This document shows positions 29,444-44,998 of a DNA stretch of 64,000 bases, piece by piece. Source of the stretch: the human T2T-CHM13v2.0 reference genome, Homo sapiens. The stretch is taken from the NCBI RefSeq assembly GCF_009914755.1, contig NC_060942.1, one strand, 5' to 3'. Within the stretch, counting starts at the first letter, position 1, and the number at the start of each line of letters is the position of its first letter. The position numbers and the translations under genes were made by a program. The notes under the pieces are model-generated. The model did not search any database, was not told where the DNA came from, and saw only the letters and a program-made list of their open reading frames with translations.

Positions 29444-31811
29444 ATATAGAAGAACTGCTTCTGCTTTATCAAGTAAGTTTATGTAATATTCTAATGTCTT
29501 TGTTGTGATTTCAAGAATGTTCACAGCATCTTCACCAACAATAGAATCAATTGCAAAAAATTATTATCTTTGCTCACCCACGAGAAGCAACTCCTCAGCT
29601 GTTCACATTTTATCATGAGACAGCAATTCAGTCACATCTTCAAGCCCCACTTCCAATTCTAGTTCTTTTGCTATTTTCACCATGTCTGCAGTTACATAAT
29701 TCTCTGAAGTCTTGAGCCCCTCAAAGTCATCCATGAGTGTTGGAACCAACTTTATCCAAACTCCTGTTAACGTTGATATTTTTACCTTCTCTCATGAATT
29801 ATTAATGATTTTCTGTGTTAGTCTGCTTTTGCATTACGATAAAATAATACCTGAGACTAGGTAATTTATTTAAAAAGAGGTTTAATTGGCTCATACTTCT
29901 GCAGGCGATACAAGCATGACACCAACATCTGCTCAGCTTCTGGTGAGGGCCTCAGGAAGCTTACAATCATGGCAGAAGATGAAGTGGAAGCAAGCATGTT
30001 ACATGGTGAGAGCCAGAGCAAGAGAGAAAGAAGGGGGAGGTCCTAGACACTTTTAAACAACCAGATTTCATTTGACGTAACTGAATGTGAACTCACTTAT
30101 TACCAAAGGGATGGTACTAAACCACTCATGAGAGATTTGCCCCCATGATCTGACCACCTTCCACCAGTTCCCTCCTTTAACATTGGGAATCATATTTCAA
30201 CATGAGATTTGCAAGGGACGAACATCCAAACCATAAAATCTTAATGGCATCTAGAATGATAAATCCTTTCTGGTAGGTTTTCAATGTACTAATTTCAACA
30301 GGGAAATCACTATCTTTGGTAGCTATAGCCTTACAAACTATATTTCTTAAATAATAAGACTTGAAAATCAAAATTACCCTTTGAGCCACTGCCTGCAGAC
30401 TGGATGTTGTATTAGCAGGCATGAAAACATTAGCCTTCTTGTATATCTCTATAGGGCTCTTGGGTGACTAGGTGCATTGTCAATGAATTTGGCATTAGCC
30501 TTCTTGTACATGTCTACAGGGCTCTTGGGTGACTAGGTACATTGTCAATATAATATTTCAAAAGGAATATTTTTTCCTGAGCAGTAGGTCTCAAATCCTT
30601 AGCTTAAAATATTCAGTAAACCATGCTGTAAACACATGTGCTGTCATCTAGGCTTTGTTCTTTAACTTACAGAGCACAGGAAGAATAGGCTTAGCATAAT
30701 TCTTAAATGCTTTAGGAATTTTTGAATGGTAAATGAGTGCCAGCTTCAACTTAAAGCCACGAGCTGCCTTAGCCCCTAATAAGAGAGTCAGCCAGTCTTT
30801 GAAGCTTTGAAGCCAGGCATTGACTTCTCTCTAGCTGTGGAAGTCCTGCATAGCATCTTCATCCAGTGGAAGGCTGTTTCATCCACATGGAAAATCTGTT
30901 GTTTAGTGTAGCCGCTTAGCTAAATCTCGATAACTTGCTGCAGCTTCTAAATCAGCATCTGCTGCCTCATTTTGCATTATTATGTTATGGAGATGGCTTC
31001 TTTCTTTAAAACTCATGAACCAACCTTGCTGGCTTCAGACTTTTCCTCTGCAGCTTTTTCACCTCTCTCAGCCTTCACAAAATTGAGGACAGTTAGGTCT
31101 TTTCTTTGGATTAGGTTTTGGTTTAAAAGATGTTGTGGCTGGTTTGATCTCCTATCCAGACCACTAACATTTTCTCCATATCAGCAATGAGGCTGTTTTG
31201 CTTTCTTATCATCTGTGTGTTCACTGGTGTAGCACTTTTAATTTCCTTCAAGAACTTTTACTTTGCATTCACAATTTGGCTAAATGTTTGACCCAAGAGA
31301 CCTAGCTTTCCACCTGTCTTGGCTTTTGACATGCCTTCCTCACTAAGCTTAATCATTTCTAGTTTATCTAAAGTGAGTGATTTATGACTCTTCTTTTCAC
31401 TTGAACATTTAGAGGCCATTATATGCTTATAGTTGGCCTCATTTCAACATTGTTCTGTGTGAGGAAATAAGGAGGCTCAAGGAGAGGGACAGAGGGTGGA
31501 ACAGTTGGTTAGTGAAGCAGTCAGAATACATACAACATTTATAAACTGAGTTTTCTATCTTATATAAATGTTGTTGTGGCACCCCAAAACAATTGCAATA
31601 GTAACATCAAGCAAAGATCACTGATCACATATCACCACAACAGATATAATAATGCAAAGTTTGAAATATTGCAAAAATTACCAAAATTAGATAGGAAATG
31701 AGCACATGTTGTTATGGCTAGATGCAAGGTTGCCACAAACCTTCATTTTGTAAAAATGAAATAGCTGTGAAATACAATAATGTGAAAGACAATAAAATGA
31801 GTTGCGTTTAT
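29444..31811 (-). mobile_element. Tigger1 (pogo-like DNA transposon), long decayed fragment interrupted by an MST LTR
   Basis: The 5' terminal region is seen as the reverse complement (ggttgccacaaaccttca...aataaaatgag). The minus-strand ORF 30177-30422 reads MPANTTSSLQ...VILIFKSYYLRN, a DDE transposase remnant. Confidence 0.85.
29814..30238 (-). mobile_element. MaLR solo LTR (MSTA/MSTB)
   Basis: tgtgttagtc...cctcaggaagcttacaatcatggcagaag...catgagattt...aacatccaaaccata. Confidence 0.85.
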
Positions 31812-32859
31812 GTTACAAATCCAAGACAAAAACGTAACAATAACCTCAATTAATGTCAATTTATACGTGATCATGATATCAATATTCCTGGGAAATAGAT
31901 ACTTCCTGAGCCTTTAACTGCTCTTCACCTTCGGACAGAGAGCTATTCTTCGGTATTACATATCATTGTCTCCAAAACCAGATATCATCATTTTCATGCC
32001 TTTGTCATAGTTTCCTGCTTATATAATTTCTATTTCAAAATTATTCATAGGACATTGATTTCCAGATGGTCTCCCTTATTAAATGCATCTCTTGGTGAAA
32101 ATTATTAAATACTTTTTGTTTGTATTCACATAAACAAAACAGATATAAAAGAATAATATGATTCAAAGCCATCATGCTGCAGCTTAACTAGGATTTTTAG
32201 TCTGATAAAAATAATTATGTTTATTTAAGACCAATTGGTCTATAGATTTCAAATCCATGCAAATATAAATTATTCATGAATCCGTTGTCTGGATTCCTAT
32301 AATTTGAGTAAATTAATTTTCTTATTGATTCAATTAGTAAGGCCTTTATTTTGATATGGTATTCTTATTTGTCTTCTAATTATTTTAGTCCTTATGGTTT
32401 TTTAAAAATTACATTAAAAAGTAATTTAAAATGATATTTAGAATGGTATTTGTGGTGGTGATGTGAAGAACAGGAGATGAGCATCTATTGTTCTGGAATA
32501 ATTGTCTGCATGGTGAAGAGAAGACAGTGGGAGAAAAATGCCTTATCTCAGTATCTACAGATATCTCAGTAACAGAATCACTTCTAGTTGGTTCATTAGC
32601 TTGCATGCCATGTCAGGGGCAGCGTCTTTAATACTGTCTATTGTTATTAGCTTCCAGGGATGTTTTTGGATATGGGAAGACAGGGAGATTGTTTTCAGTC
32701 CTGAAAACCTAAGGCAAGATAAACACAAGCCTGATTTATGTCATGCTTGTCTTTCAAGGGTCTTTTCTACTGCTTTCTCTTCCCTTGTTTCATAGGTGAC
32801 TGTCCTGACTTCTACCACTGAGCTGCTCTCCACTCTGTCCATGACCCTGATAAATCCAG

Positions 32860-33065
32860 TAATTATTACAGTTGCTATGAGCCAGGTACTCTGCTAAGCC
32901 CTTGATGGGCATCATTCTATCAAATCCTCACAACAATCCAGAGGGTTAGATGTATTAGCCCTGAGGAAACTGGAGTTCAGGAACGCTGAGTAGCTTGTTC
33001 AAAATCGTACAGTCTTTAAGTGACGAAGCTGGTATTCAAATCCATTTATTCTGACCCAAATCCTG
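32860..33065 (-). mobile_element. MIR
   Basis: gagccaggtactctgctaagc...aatcctcacaacaatcc...tgaggaaactggag...gctggtattcaaatcc. Confidence 0.75.
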
Positions 33066-36000
33066 GGCTACATTTAAAACTCAACGGGGATTTAAGAATC
33101 ATGGATAAACTTGCCTGGAAATTAAGACAGAACATGATTGTAAGAAAGAAAAATAGGCTGAGACAGGTTACAGTTTGTGATCTTTCCTCAGAGACATATT
33201 CCACCGAATAGGAGCATCTTGAAAAAAATTGTGAAGCTAGTGAAGTTTATCTTCAGCTTTGTACCTCCTTTCATTGTTTAATCTACTTATGCGCCTGTGA
33301 CAGCTAGTGACCTTACACTGCCTCCTGTTTCTCATGTTATGGTGAGGAGTGTTAAATTGATTTTTCCCAAAGTGTAAATGATATAAGATTTTCCCTTTCA
33401 GAAAAATTTGCATTTTTAAAAGAGGATATTTAAAAAAAAAAAATAGGGATTTACTTAAATGAATTAATCTAAAAGAATGAACTCTTCAGAGTGTGATTGA
33501 TGGGTAAAACGTCCATTTTAGGTTAGGGCCACCTCCTCATGGCTTTTGTGTCACACCCTCTATGTGATCACACATCGTATTCGTAAGACAGCCAGCACTG
33601 CAGCTGAGGCGGCATGCATCCTGTCTCATGGCTCACTGATGGAAAAGCTACTGTCTCGTCAATTTTGTTTTGCCACTGACCATCATTGCTGTGATCTAAC
33701 ACATGTACTGTTTTCAAGTTTCCTATGAGCCACAGAAATATTCACCAAGTGTCACCTAAATTATTGGAAAATTACTTAATTCCTTAATCTAATGAAGATT
33801 TGCGTTAAAAAAAACAAAAGCCCAAAGAATCCAAATACACATCTGGCAGCAATTTAATTCATTTAGAATTTATTGCCTACAGTATCTTGAGATTTGTAGA
33901 TGGAATGATTCTTATAAAATCAAAATATAATTTTATAAATATGTTTGTGTCTAACTGCATTTTATTCAGAGTGTATATTTACATTTACTTAAAAAATCAT
34001 TGAGGGCAAGAATTTACTCATATAAAAGCTTTATATGTTAGAAGCAGGTAACAGCGAAGTGAGTGATACAAGTCAGATTTCCCCAGTAAAGGGAAAATGC
34101 CTTGCTAGGTGAGGAGATTAATGTAATTTCAATTTTGTCATGGTAATAATCTGGTTGTATCCATATTTACAAGAGCAGGAGGAAATGAAAGAAAATCGTC
34201 AATTTGTATTTTAAAGATATGTCAATTGTGTTTTGTGCCAGTGAGGGAAAAAATGAATCTTCATCTGATTAAAATAACTTTTGATCCCTCAGAATAAGTC
34301 TTGAAAAAAGGCAATGCTATTTGAAAGCATCAATACAAACCACAAACTGCCTCTACAGCTGTGTTTATGATTAGGTAAAGTGCATAACATATCACATCTC
34401 AGCCAATGGAAATGCAGAGGTCTAAAAAGGATAACTTACCACCTCACTCAACTAGCACCTATAAGGGAAAGTGATTAGTTCCACATCAGCCATTGTATAT
34501 AAAAGCATCACCAGTAGTAGATGAGGCCACATAATCAATTAATCTGAGTCTGCAAAGAAAAATCAAGGTTTTCGTTTAAGATGTATGTGGAGCAACAACT
34601 ACAAAAAACTTTATGATAGCAAATGTTAGGCCTACTGGCAATGAATCTGATTTCTGCACTGGTTCAGGAAAAATGTGATTAGGTTTTTCCCCTCTAGAAA
34701 TCACATAGGATTGAACTTTTCCAATTCTGTCTTTAGAGTAGACAGGTACAAATTTGAGAGAACCTCTGGCCATAGGCATGCAGTTCTTCTATTCACAGGC
34801 ATGGCTAGAACAGAACACTTAGGCTCTTGTGGCCAGAGCCTAAGTGTGTCCGACTCATGCTGCCATGTGAGTGGCTTCTGTAATTAGCCAGTAGCAGGTT
34901 GGTCAGGAGAAGTTTGAGAAATACAGGCTGGATGACATTGGTGGGCCAGGCAGAAATAAAGATCAACAAGAAGTTGAGCAGAAAAGGAAGACTGGATATG
35001 GGACTTCAGCCTCAGCAGGCTAGTCCATGGTTGGCAGGTTGAATTAAAAATATATATATATATATGACCAGAAGCCCGCTGACTTCTGAAGATTGGCCTA
35101 TCTGGTTTGCAGCAGACATAATGGACTCATACTCATAAGTTTAGTTGTCAGAAATATTTTCCCAGAGCTAAAACTTTCTTAATTTTACCACTTGAGAGAA
35201 GAGAAATAATTCCCTGGGCTGTTTCTGTTCTTCAAGAAGCACTGCCCAGGGATGCATAGGAACTGGGTTTTATGTCAAACTACCTGTTTATTACATATAC
35301 TCTACTATGATCTATTGCAAATATTGTCTGACATTAAACTGTCCATTTGTCATTTCTAGCCAGGTAACTGTCTGTAATAGGTAACAGTGGTTTGGTCATG
35401 TCCTCATTCATTCAAATAGTATGATGTGATGAGATATTTAAACTAGACTTCTGTTAGAATGTGGATTCTCTCTGTGATATCCCTAGAATGAATATTTTCA
35501 TCTACTCTCCCTCTGTCTCTCTTAGCTTGTGTGGAAGAGGACATCTCTTTTTTCGTATAATATTACTCAGCCCCAACAAGTTGATGCACAGGGCCACTGC
35601 CTATGCCGTCTCTTCTCTCTGGAAACTGAGCCATGTAAACCCTTTTCCCTTAGAGAGCTCTCATGTGTAGTCCACCCTTAAGAGTGTCCATATTAGCCAG
35701 TAGCAATGAGGCAAAGAATGGCAATGAATAATTGGCATCAAAGCCTAAGACAGAACTAGTTATGACTTTTATGTTGAAAAATTGAACTCTTAGCATGGAA
35801 AAGAGAGCAAGGTTACTCTTTTCAACAACTACTTAATATCCCTATTTGGGGGCTTGTTTAATCCCTTGGATTATATCTAGGACAGGCCCAGAGGTCACTT
35901 TTAAATATTAACTTGTCTTCAAGTCATTTTAGCCCTGGTTCAATAATTATTATTTCCAGCACAATGTAATCCATATGCTGAACTTCAATCAAAATTCTAC

Positions 36001-36285
36001 CCCTCCACCAACTTGGTCCAGCAACCAGCAGCAGGAATTCTGTGGTGGGAAAAGGATATGCTTGCTTTCCTACCATTTCCTACCGATTTTTGTCTTGCAA
36101 ACCTGGATTTTTGGAGCCTAAAGGAGGGAACACAAGGAAGGAGGTAAAGGTTAAGATCTAAAAAGTTTCAGCATGAATGCCATAGGTTTTCCTTTGTAAC
36201 CACAGTGGATGTTTTAATGCTGACTCTTTCACTCATGAGCACTTCTGTGGAGGTTTCAGAGACACTAGTCAGTGGGGTTTTCTCA

Positions 36286-36670
<385 letters not shown>

Positions 36671-37133
36671 TCAGACTTTCTCAGAAGAAGTGCCATTACC
36701 ATCTTAGGTAAAGTCCCCTTTATCAAAGCTCAGCGTGGGTTCATTTGTTTTATCTTTCTCTCTTCATCTCTTCCTCAGAATATGTGTAAATTTGTCCTGT
36801 TGGTGGGAATGCAATATATTCTCAAATTTCAACTGTCTACTCTGATGCTACAGGTCATTTCAGCAAAGCTTCTACTCTTCATTTCTCAAGTTGGAGTAGC
36901 CAGTTCTAATATCATATCACTTAAAAAATGGCATCAGGTTCTCAGAATGATATCCTTGACTTTCTTTTCATTGGGCAAAAAATAGGATGGAACATCACTC
37001 TCCCTCACAGTGGACAATGAAAATGACTCTGCTCCCACACATTCCAAAGGAAGTCTGCCTTGGATCTCCAACTCATCTCCCAGCCTCACAAACCTCTTTT
37101 ATTGGTGGGAGGTGAGTGGTCAGATAAAATGTG

Positions 37134-37551
37134 TGTCTTAGCCTGTTCTTTACACTATAAGAAAATACCTCAAGCTGGTTAATTTATATAGAAGAGAAAT
37201 CTATTTATTATAGTTCTGGAGGCTCTGTAGTTCAAGATTAAGGTGTCAGCAGAATCAGTTTTTGTTGAAGGTTACTTTCTGCTTCCAAAATGGCACTCTT
37301 TCTGCATCCTCATATGGCAGAAGGAAACAAAAAGAGACTGAAGCTGTGTCTTCACATGGCAGAGGAAATGGAAGGGATGAAAAAGATGAGGCAGCTCTCT
37401 GAAGCCACTTTTATAAGGACATTAATCCCATTCATGATGAATCCCAATTGTCTGTCAAAGACCTCACCTCTTAATACCATCTTAACTTAAACTTTGGGTT
37501 TGAGTTCCGACACATGAATTTTGGAGGAACACATATATTGGAACCAAAGCA
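37134..37551 (-). mobile_element. MaLR solo LTR (MST-type)
   Basis: tgtcttagcc...ttctggaggct...aaccaaagca. 5 bp TSD atgtg at 37129-37133 and 37552-37556. Confidence 0.85.
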
Positions 37552-38894
37552 ATGTGTGTAAAATTGATTTTTCTTTTTGGTCCACTCCTTTGCATTGGTT
37601 ATTTGGTATCTCACTTTGGAAGTAGCTGAAACCTATACAGGAGTCAAGGCAATAAAGTATTTGAGGAAAAAAATAGCAGAAGTTGGCTAAAGACAAGACA
37701 TATATGCTAGAAAATGCATGAGATCCATTCATGGAAATTTACTGGATAGCGGTTCCTTGTGGCAGGGCCTCTTTTTAAGAAAGGGGGCCCAATGAAAACA
37801 GGTCTGTCTTTGTTAGTGGTAAAGGTGGTTGCGTAAAGCTAGTTTATCTCTACCTGAAGCAGACACACACACACTAATACCTCCTACTTAGCTATTGCCT
37901 CAGTTGATCCAGTGTTTGAAAATTCCAATTTTCCAAGTTGCTATGAGTCTAGCTGCTACAGAGAAGGTTGTTCTACAGGATTTGTCAATTGTGTATTATT
38001 TAGGAGAAGATTGTTCTACAGTACTTGTCAATCAGTGTTGACATTACACTTTATATCAGATCAGATCCAAAGATTGCAAATATCTGTAGATAGAAAAAAT
38101 ACATGAAATTTCTTTAAGATGTCATCTCTTTCTTTTTTGCAGATAAACAATATTAAAACACTATTAGCACCTCCCTACTTCTAGATGTTGTTATTCCTAT
38201 TGTGTGATTTACTAGCTGTGGCTAGATACCTACATCCAAACCAATTAAATAAACAAAAATTGCATATTAGCTATATGCTCACCTCTGTAATTGATGCTGA
38301 GTTTATTTCATTGATTAAGGGCAATTGTTTCTCTTCTATTTTTATTTCTCTTCTGCAGATAAAATAACAACCTTCCCATTTTTTCTTCTTTGCATATTTA
38401 GAATGTATACATTTTTCTTCTAGCCTCTTTCATAATTATGGAACAATATCAGTGTCGAAGACCCACATTGCTCAGGCATTATACCATTCGTGAGTGCCAG
38501 AAGGGCTGTTCACTTCTCTGTCCTATTTTATAAAACCCTACATAACCTTGTTCCACATTTTATCTCATTCATCAGGCCCCAATGATTCTGTCACTATAAG
38601 CTTCAAGCCAGGAGAGAAGAGAAAGCACGTGAACAATGGTCAGGCAGACTCTGAAATTACAGACAGAAGTCAAACTAAGCATGCTGTACCCCCTCAGCTT
38701 AGATCACCAAACAGACAAGCCGGTCCTTCATTCCCGAAGGGAGTGAGTGAGGAGGTGGAAAAAGCTTAGCAATGCTTGCCTATACGTTTCCTTCTTGGGC
38801 ACTGGAAAGGAAACTCATTCATCTCTGTGGAAATATGATGAGTATGAATGAGTTTCCCTCACAATGGAAAACCCAGTCAATTAATGTGTTCACT

Positions 38895-39075
38895 CAATGG
38901 ACATAAACCCAAATCTGCTACTTAGTAGTTTTGTCTTGTGCAGATTATTTATATTTTAGGCCTTGGTATTCTTATAAGAAAAATGAGATTGCTAATTCAC
39001 ACTTCATAGAGCTTTTCTAAGAATTATAATGAGAATTGGTACAATTAAGGCACCCAATAAATGGTAGAAAATATA
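38895..39075 (+). mobile_element. MIR
   Basis: aaacccaaatctgctacttagtagt...aaaatgagat...acccaataaatggtag. Confidence 0.6.
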
Positions 39076-39498
39076 ATTACTAATAGTAAAAAATAATCCC
39101 TTTGAGTCTCATTTCAAATAAACACAGCATACATATTTCCTAAAATTGTTGGGAAATTATATAAGATAGCATGTATCATATGAAATGCCTGATACTTAAC
39201 ACAATTTTTATTTTAAAATATCCTTGTCTTTAGTCCAAGAATAGAAAAAGATCAAATCTGTCTTCCATGATCCTACCTCCCCTCTTTGTTCTCCCCCTTT
39301 TTTTTCTTAGCTGCCAATGTGGGATCTGTTGTCCTCTCCACATTTTCCCCAGCCCAGAGATATGGGACCCTTGTGATTCCCCTGTTCTCCAGAATACACA
39401 TTATTAGAGAAAGACTCTGTTTTATGGTGTGTATTGGTGTGTACTGTACATATTTACACACACTTAAATACACATATAGTATATGCGATGCTGTATGA

Positions 39499-39888
<390 letters not shown>

Positions 39889-41521
39889 TTCCCATCATAA
39901 TTCTTTAGTAGTGAACTCTAAGTTTCTGTTTGTTTTTATTAAAAAAAATCAGTGATCATAAAACATGAAGAAGAAATTATTTAAGGGTTATTTATATAAC
40001 ACAATATTACATTTTAAAAGACATGTGCAATTTTAAAACAATGAAGTTTTGAACCTGTAAAAAAATACATAGAAAAGATTTGAGGAGTTCCCAAAAGGCC
40101 ATTTTTAGTTCCTTTGAAATCATATAATATGGGCCAACATCTGTGTCACTTACATGCAAAGCAAGCCTTATTGGCACCTGGGATATTGAAGATGATATCT
40201 CTAGGGTTAATATTTGGCTCACTTACAGGTTACTTGTAGAGGGCCCTAAAGTCATTATCAGTTTTGGCCAGAGCAGAGAAATTCCTGGGGTGAGGCCTGA
40301 GGAACAATGAATTATGGCAGCTGGACTTCCTTTTTAGAAAAGGAAGAGTGAAGTTGGCAGACAGGTAAAATGGCACATGTAGATAGATGGAAATAGAACC
40401 AGCATCATTTGATTTGAAATCTTTTGTGCAGGGCTATTTGTATTGTGTCTTCCTAAACTCATTTAGCTATGTTTCAGCAAATGCAAAGTCTAAAATCCAA
40501 GCAAGCAAACTGGCATCTCTGTTCATCATCAAAATTTGGAGCTATATCTTGAAGCAGAAAAAGAGTATTTTTGAAAATGCTTGAAATGTTGACACAGTGC
40601 ATTCAGGGTAAAGCATCCAAATGTATTATTTCAGCACTTGTTGTGTCCACTTTTAGTGAGATGAGGAAAAGCTGAATTCAAACATGTATAAACTGTCTTT
40701 TATTGTGCAAATTCTTGTCTTCAAGCATTTCTTTTCAAATGTGAGGGTTTGTTTTACCAGATCTAAAATGACTTCCTAGTGGAAGGGAGAGGCTAAATCC
40801 TCACAAGCCAGAGCATGAGATTTTACTTTGTAAAAACCTACTTCATTGTCAAAAAGTAACCTTAGCAGAATGTATAATATAAGCCAATTACAGAGAATAT
40901 CAGCAATTCTAAAATAGAAATAATATTGTTGACCAATAGTTATTGCATATTTACTGTGTGCCTGGGAATGTCCCAAGCACTTGGCCATGCATTCATGTAT
41001 TTGAATGAAGATTAGATAATTCATTATTTAATGAATTATTATTTAACTCAGATATATAATCATTTGATATATAATATTTTATGTGGATTTTATGCCATAG
41101 CTGGGTGTGTCTTATTCCATGAGGATTATCTCTAGACTCTGTATGGTTCTACTAATTCAGGTGAAAGGACACTCTTAACAGAGGATTTCAGAGACTATTA
41201 GACTTGAACTTACATGCCCATCTCCACTTGCCATTCTGCAATATCTGTTCCTACTTTCTTCCCGAATATAGAGGGGTAAACGCAGGGGAACCCAAGGATT
41301 TTTGCAAGTATTATCAATACCTAGTAGATAGAGGAACCACAACAAGGGCTGCAAAGGATCTTTTCTTATCTCCCCTGCTTACCTTTTAGTGCCCCCAAGA
41401 TTTTCATCCCTTGTTGGTCTTGCCTTTTGTTACACTAGAAATTACTGAGGGAGATAAGTAGCTCTCTGTGTTTTTTTCTCATTCTGCCTTCCCACCCAAG
41501 CTTGAAAAAAAGTTAAGGTGA

Positions 41522-41820
41522 GGCCAGTCGTGGTGGCTCATGCCTGTAATCCAGCACTTTGGGAGGCCAAGGCGGGCAGATCACTTGAGGCCAGGAGTTG
41601 GAGACCAGCCTGGCCAACATGGCAAAACTCCACCTCTACTGAAAATACAAAAATTGGCCAAGTGTGGTGGTGCACACCTGTAGTCCCAGCTACTCAGGAG
41701 GCTGAGGCACAAAAATTGCTTGAACCCAGAGGGCAGATGTTACATTGAGCTGAGATCACGCCACTGCACTCAAGCCTGGGCAACAGAGCAAGACCCTATC
41801 TCAAAAAAAAGAAAAAAAAA
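41522..41820 (+). mobile_element. Full-length Alu (S/J)
   Basis: Both arms present. Near-TSD ttaaggtga / ttgaggtga. Confidence 0.95.
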
Positions 41821-42284
41821 TTGAGGTGACAGAAAGTGGCATCTGCTTTTGAGGAGTATTCTGCATATTTTTTCCTTAGGGTGAGTCCCACACTTTTAGT
41901 CAGCTTGTCATCAATTGGGTGGAAAGTTAGTAAAAACTTTCTGGATATTGTTTATTGCTTTAACCCAGCTTCTGGGGAAGAATGGAGTTACAAAATATTC
42001 CCAATATCTCAAATTTTTTATTTTTAATTTTTTCCCAAGGCCCACTTTTCAAAACTCATGGTAGAAATTATGACTTTCTCTCTATCAGATGGGAGCTCCC
42101 AGAGAACAGAGGCCATTAGAGACTCAGGTTCAGAAGTGAGCTCCGCCGCCTGAATTTACCTGTCTGTTCCAACAACTCTCATTCCCCTTACAGTCAATGG
42201 AAAATATTTGATGACTGGTGGTATATTTGCAAGGGTATTAAAATTATCTTTGGTCCTTCTTTAGTCTTCTTGAGAGCTTCAGTG

Positions 42285-43760
42285 ATTCCATATAGTTCTC
42301 CATTTTTCATCAGCAACTTTAATACATGATCGCTAATTCAGGTTTGGCATGGCCAAAATGGAGTTCTTAATTTTCACTGCACTTCCTCTCTCCGTAGACA
42401 CACACCAAACCTGTTCTTTTTCTTCCCCCATTTTAGTAAATTGCAACATTTGGTCCAAAACAAAACCCAAGGAGTCACCTTGAGTGCTCCCTTTGCATCA
42501 TTTTCTGTGGTGAGGTTAGTATCATGTGGTATGACCTAAAGCATGCAGTGTGTTAGTGACTTTTAAATACAAAGGCCAACAAAATTTCCTGTTTTCTCAT
42601 CATCTCACTAAGAAACATACAGTGCTATGACTCTGCTGGCACACCCTTTGGGACACTGGTCTGGGGAAGAGACCTTGAGTCCTTCTATTTTACCTTGAGG
42701 CAAGCATGAGAACAGGTTTATTTGCAAGAAATTAGAGTCAGAGTTCAGAGGGCAAGTAGTCTGGTTTCAGATGCCAGTTGACCAAGGAGTTTTCAAAGAA
42801 AGCCTAGCTACTGTCAACTTCAGCTTTGTTGAATTGGGACTGCTAAAGAAAGGAAGTTCCTTCTAGTGAGAAGTTACATTTGGGTGAAGTGCTTCTAACT
42901 ACTAAATGAGTAGCCTGCAGTCCCAGATAAGGTCAGAGTTAAGTCAACCTGAGTTTCAGGGGTAATTCACCATACAACCTTTCTTTATTCTCCGCTCCTC
43001 CTACAATCAATCTTGCTGGCTCTATTGTTAAAATTCTTATTATTCCATTTATTTTCATCTTGTCTCCTGGCACGCAAGCTAAAGTCACCATTATCTCTTG
43101 CCTTGAGTATAGCAATTGTTTTTCAATTAGTTTGTCTGCGTTTACCTGATTATCATATTCACTGTCTCAATTAATTGCCCTCCTCACCTGCCCTACTCGG
43201 CCATAATCCTTTCTTCCTAGCAGCCAGAGTAAGTTTTGAAAATAAAGTTAGAGCCTGCCACTCACTTATAGCACTGCAATGATTTCCTGTTAAGCTTAGA
43301 AGAAAATCCCACATTATTTGTAAGAGCCCCATGGCCTGACTTGCCTCTGCCTCTCTAACTGTGTCTCTTTTTGATTCCTTACCAATTATGCTCTAGTCAC
43401 ACTTGTCTTCCCTCGCCTGTTTGAATATCACAAGCTCACTTTTGTTTTAATGGTGTTTGAGTTTATTATCTTTATGCCTGCTGTGCTTGGCAATCATATC
43501 TTTCCAGGACTGATAATGTCATCAGTGGAGCAAGGGCCTCCCTGACCAAAAGTAGTAAAACTCCCAACTCTTCCAGTTACTCTTTGTTGTAATATTTATT
43601 ATTATCTAAAGTTATCATGTTTATATTTTTTATTTACATGGCTATTACTCACATTTTTCTCATGCTCAAATATATGCTCCTTCAAGCAAAGATGATATCT
43701 ACTTTACTTATAGATACCTCTACATTATAAGGGCTCAGTAAATAGTTGAAGAATATTTAA
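42285..43760 (+). mobile_element. L2 fragments (interrupted)
   Basis: L2-like motifs ttcctagcagccagagt, ctagtcacacttgtcttc, gctcagtaaatagttgaagaat. Boundaries are approximate. Confidence 0.55.
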
Positions 43761-43819
43761 GTAATTTCTATGACATAAGTATTTTGAAATATATTATTGA
43801 AATGTGGTCATGAGTGAAT

Positions 43820-44550
43820 GGTGGTTTTAAAACATAACATAAATTTATTGATACTCCTTCTTTCAAGAGGTGAGACTATGTATGCCCCTTCTCTTCAATA
43901 ACGTAGTCTGGACTATGTTATTGCCTATGTCTTAAGAAACTAGCTGTTGCCATTTATTGTTTCTTGCATTGCTCACTTTTGGAACGTAGCCACCATGTCA
44001 TGAGAAAATCAAACTGCTACGTGGTGAGGTTGGTATAGAATTTTTTATGACAGCCAAAGCTGAGGTGTTAGTCAATAACCAAAATCTACCTCCAAACATG
44101 TGATTGAGTGAGTCTTTATAGAGAAGACAGCATTTTTTTAATAAAGGGGGCTAGAGAGCAAATGTTTACATTGTGGTGCCATGCAGTCACTGTCAGCTAC
44201 TTAATTCTTCTCTGTGAAAATAGCCATAAATATAAACAAATATTAATGGACAATACATAATCCAATGAGAAATGCTGTGTCCCAATCAAACTTTATTTTC
44301 AAAAACAGATGGTGGTCCAGATTTGGCCTATGGTCTATAGGTTGCCTACATGAACATTAAGCAATTCTAGCTTCAGTTGGTAAATTGATTCTAGCCTTTG
44401 AACTACACCAACTGATATGGCATCAAGCAGAGATTAAATTTTCCCCAATATGCCTCGCCCAAATTGAAGATTTGTGAGCAAAATGAATGCCTTTAGTATT
44501 ATTATTACTAAATGGAGGTGGTTTGTTATGCATCAATAGATGACTAGAAT
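43820..44550 (+). mobile_element. MLT1-type MaLR LTR with a nested MER58-like hAT element (~44125-44350)
   Basis: MLT1-like sequence (gccaccatgtcatgagaaa; ggtggtttgttatgcatcaatagatgactagaa). MER58-like sequence (tgtgtcccaatcaaactttatt...ccagatttggcctatggtctatag). Confidence 0.6.
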
Positions 44551-44998
44551 ATGGCACATTAGATAAGAGTTAACTTCTCTGTAATTGAAATAATATGTGG
44601 TAGATTTAAAATTGGCATCTAAGCATCTACTAAATCACAATATTTCCATTTTAATAATGCTTTATAATATTTTTAACATGTATGATATATATAGAATATG
44701 ACTACATGTATACAAAGTGTGGATGACAATGTACAGCCTCAAATATTGGGTTCGGAATAAAACATTGAAAGGCATTCAAAGTAGAGTAATTACAGAGTAA
44801 TATTTAGTCAATTTTCACTATTAGAAAGTTGTATTTATTTTTATTCCAGAAAAAATATCTACATAAATACCCTGTCCTATAAAAGAGAAACAATATGTTC
44901 ATTTATAGTTGAATGTAGAAAAATTGAAATAATTCTATAGAAGTTTCAGAGTTCAGACACAGCCTTTACATGGAATGCACATCAATATTAAGAATACT

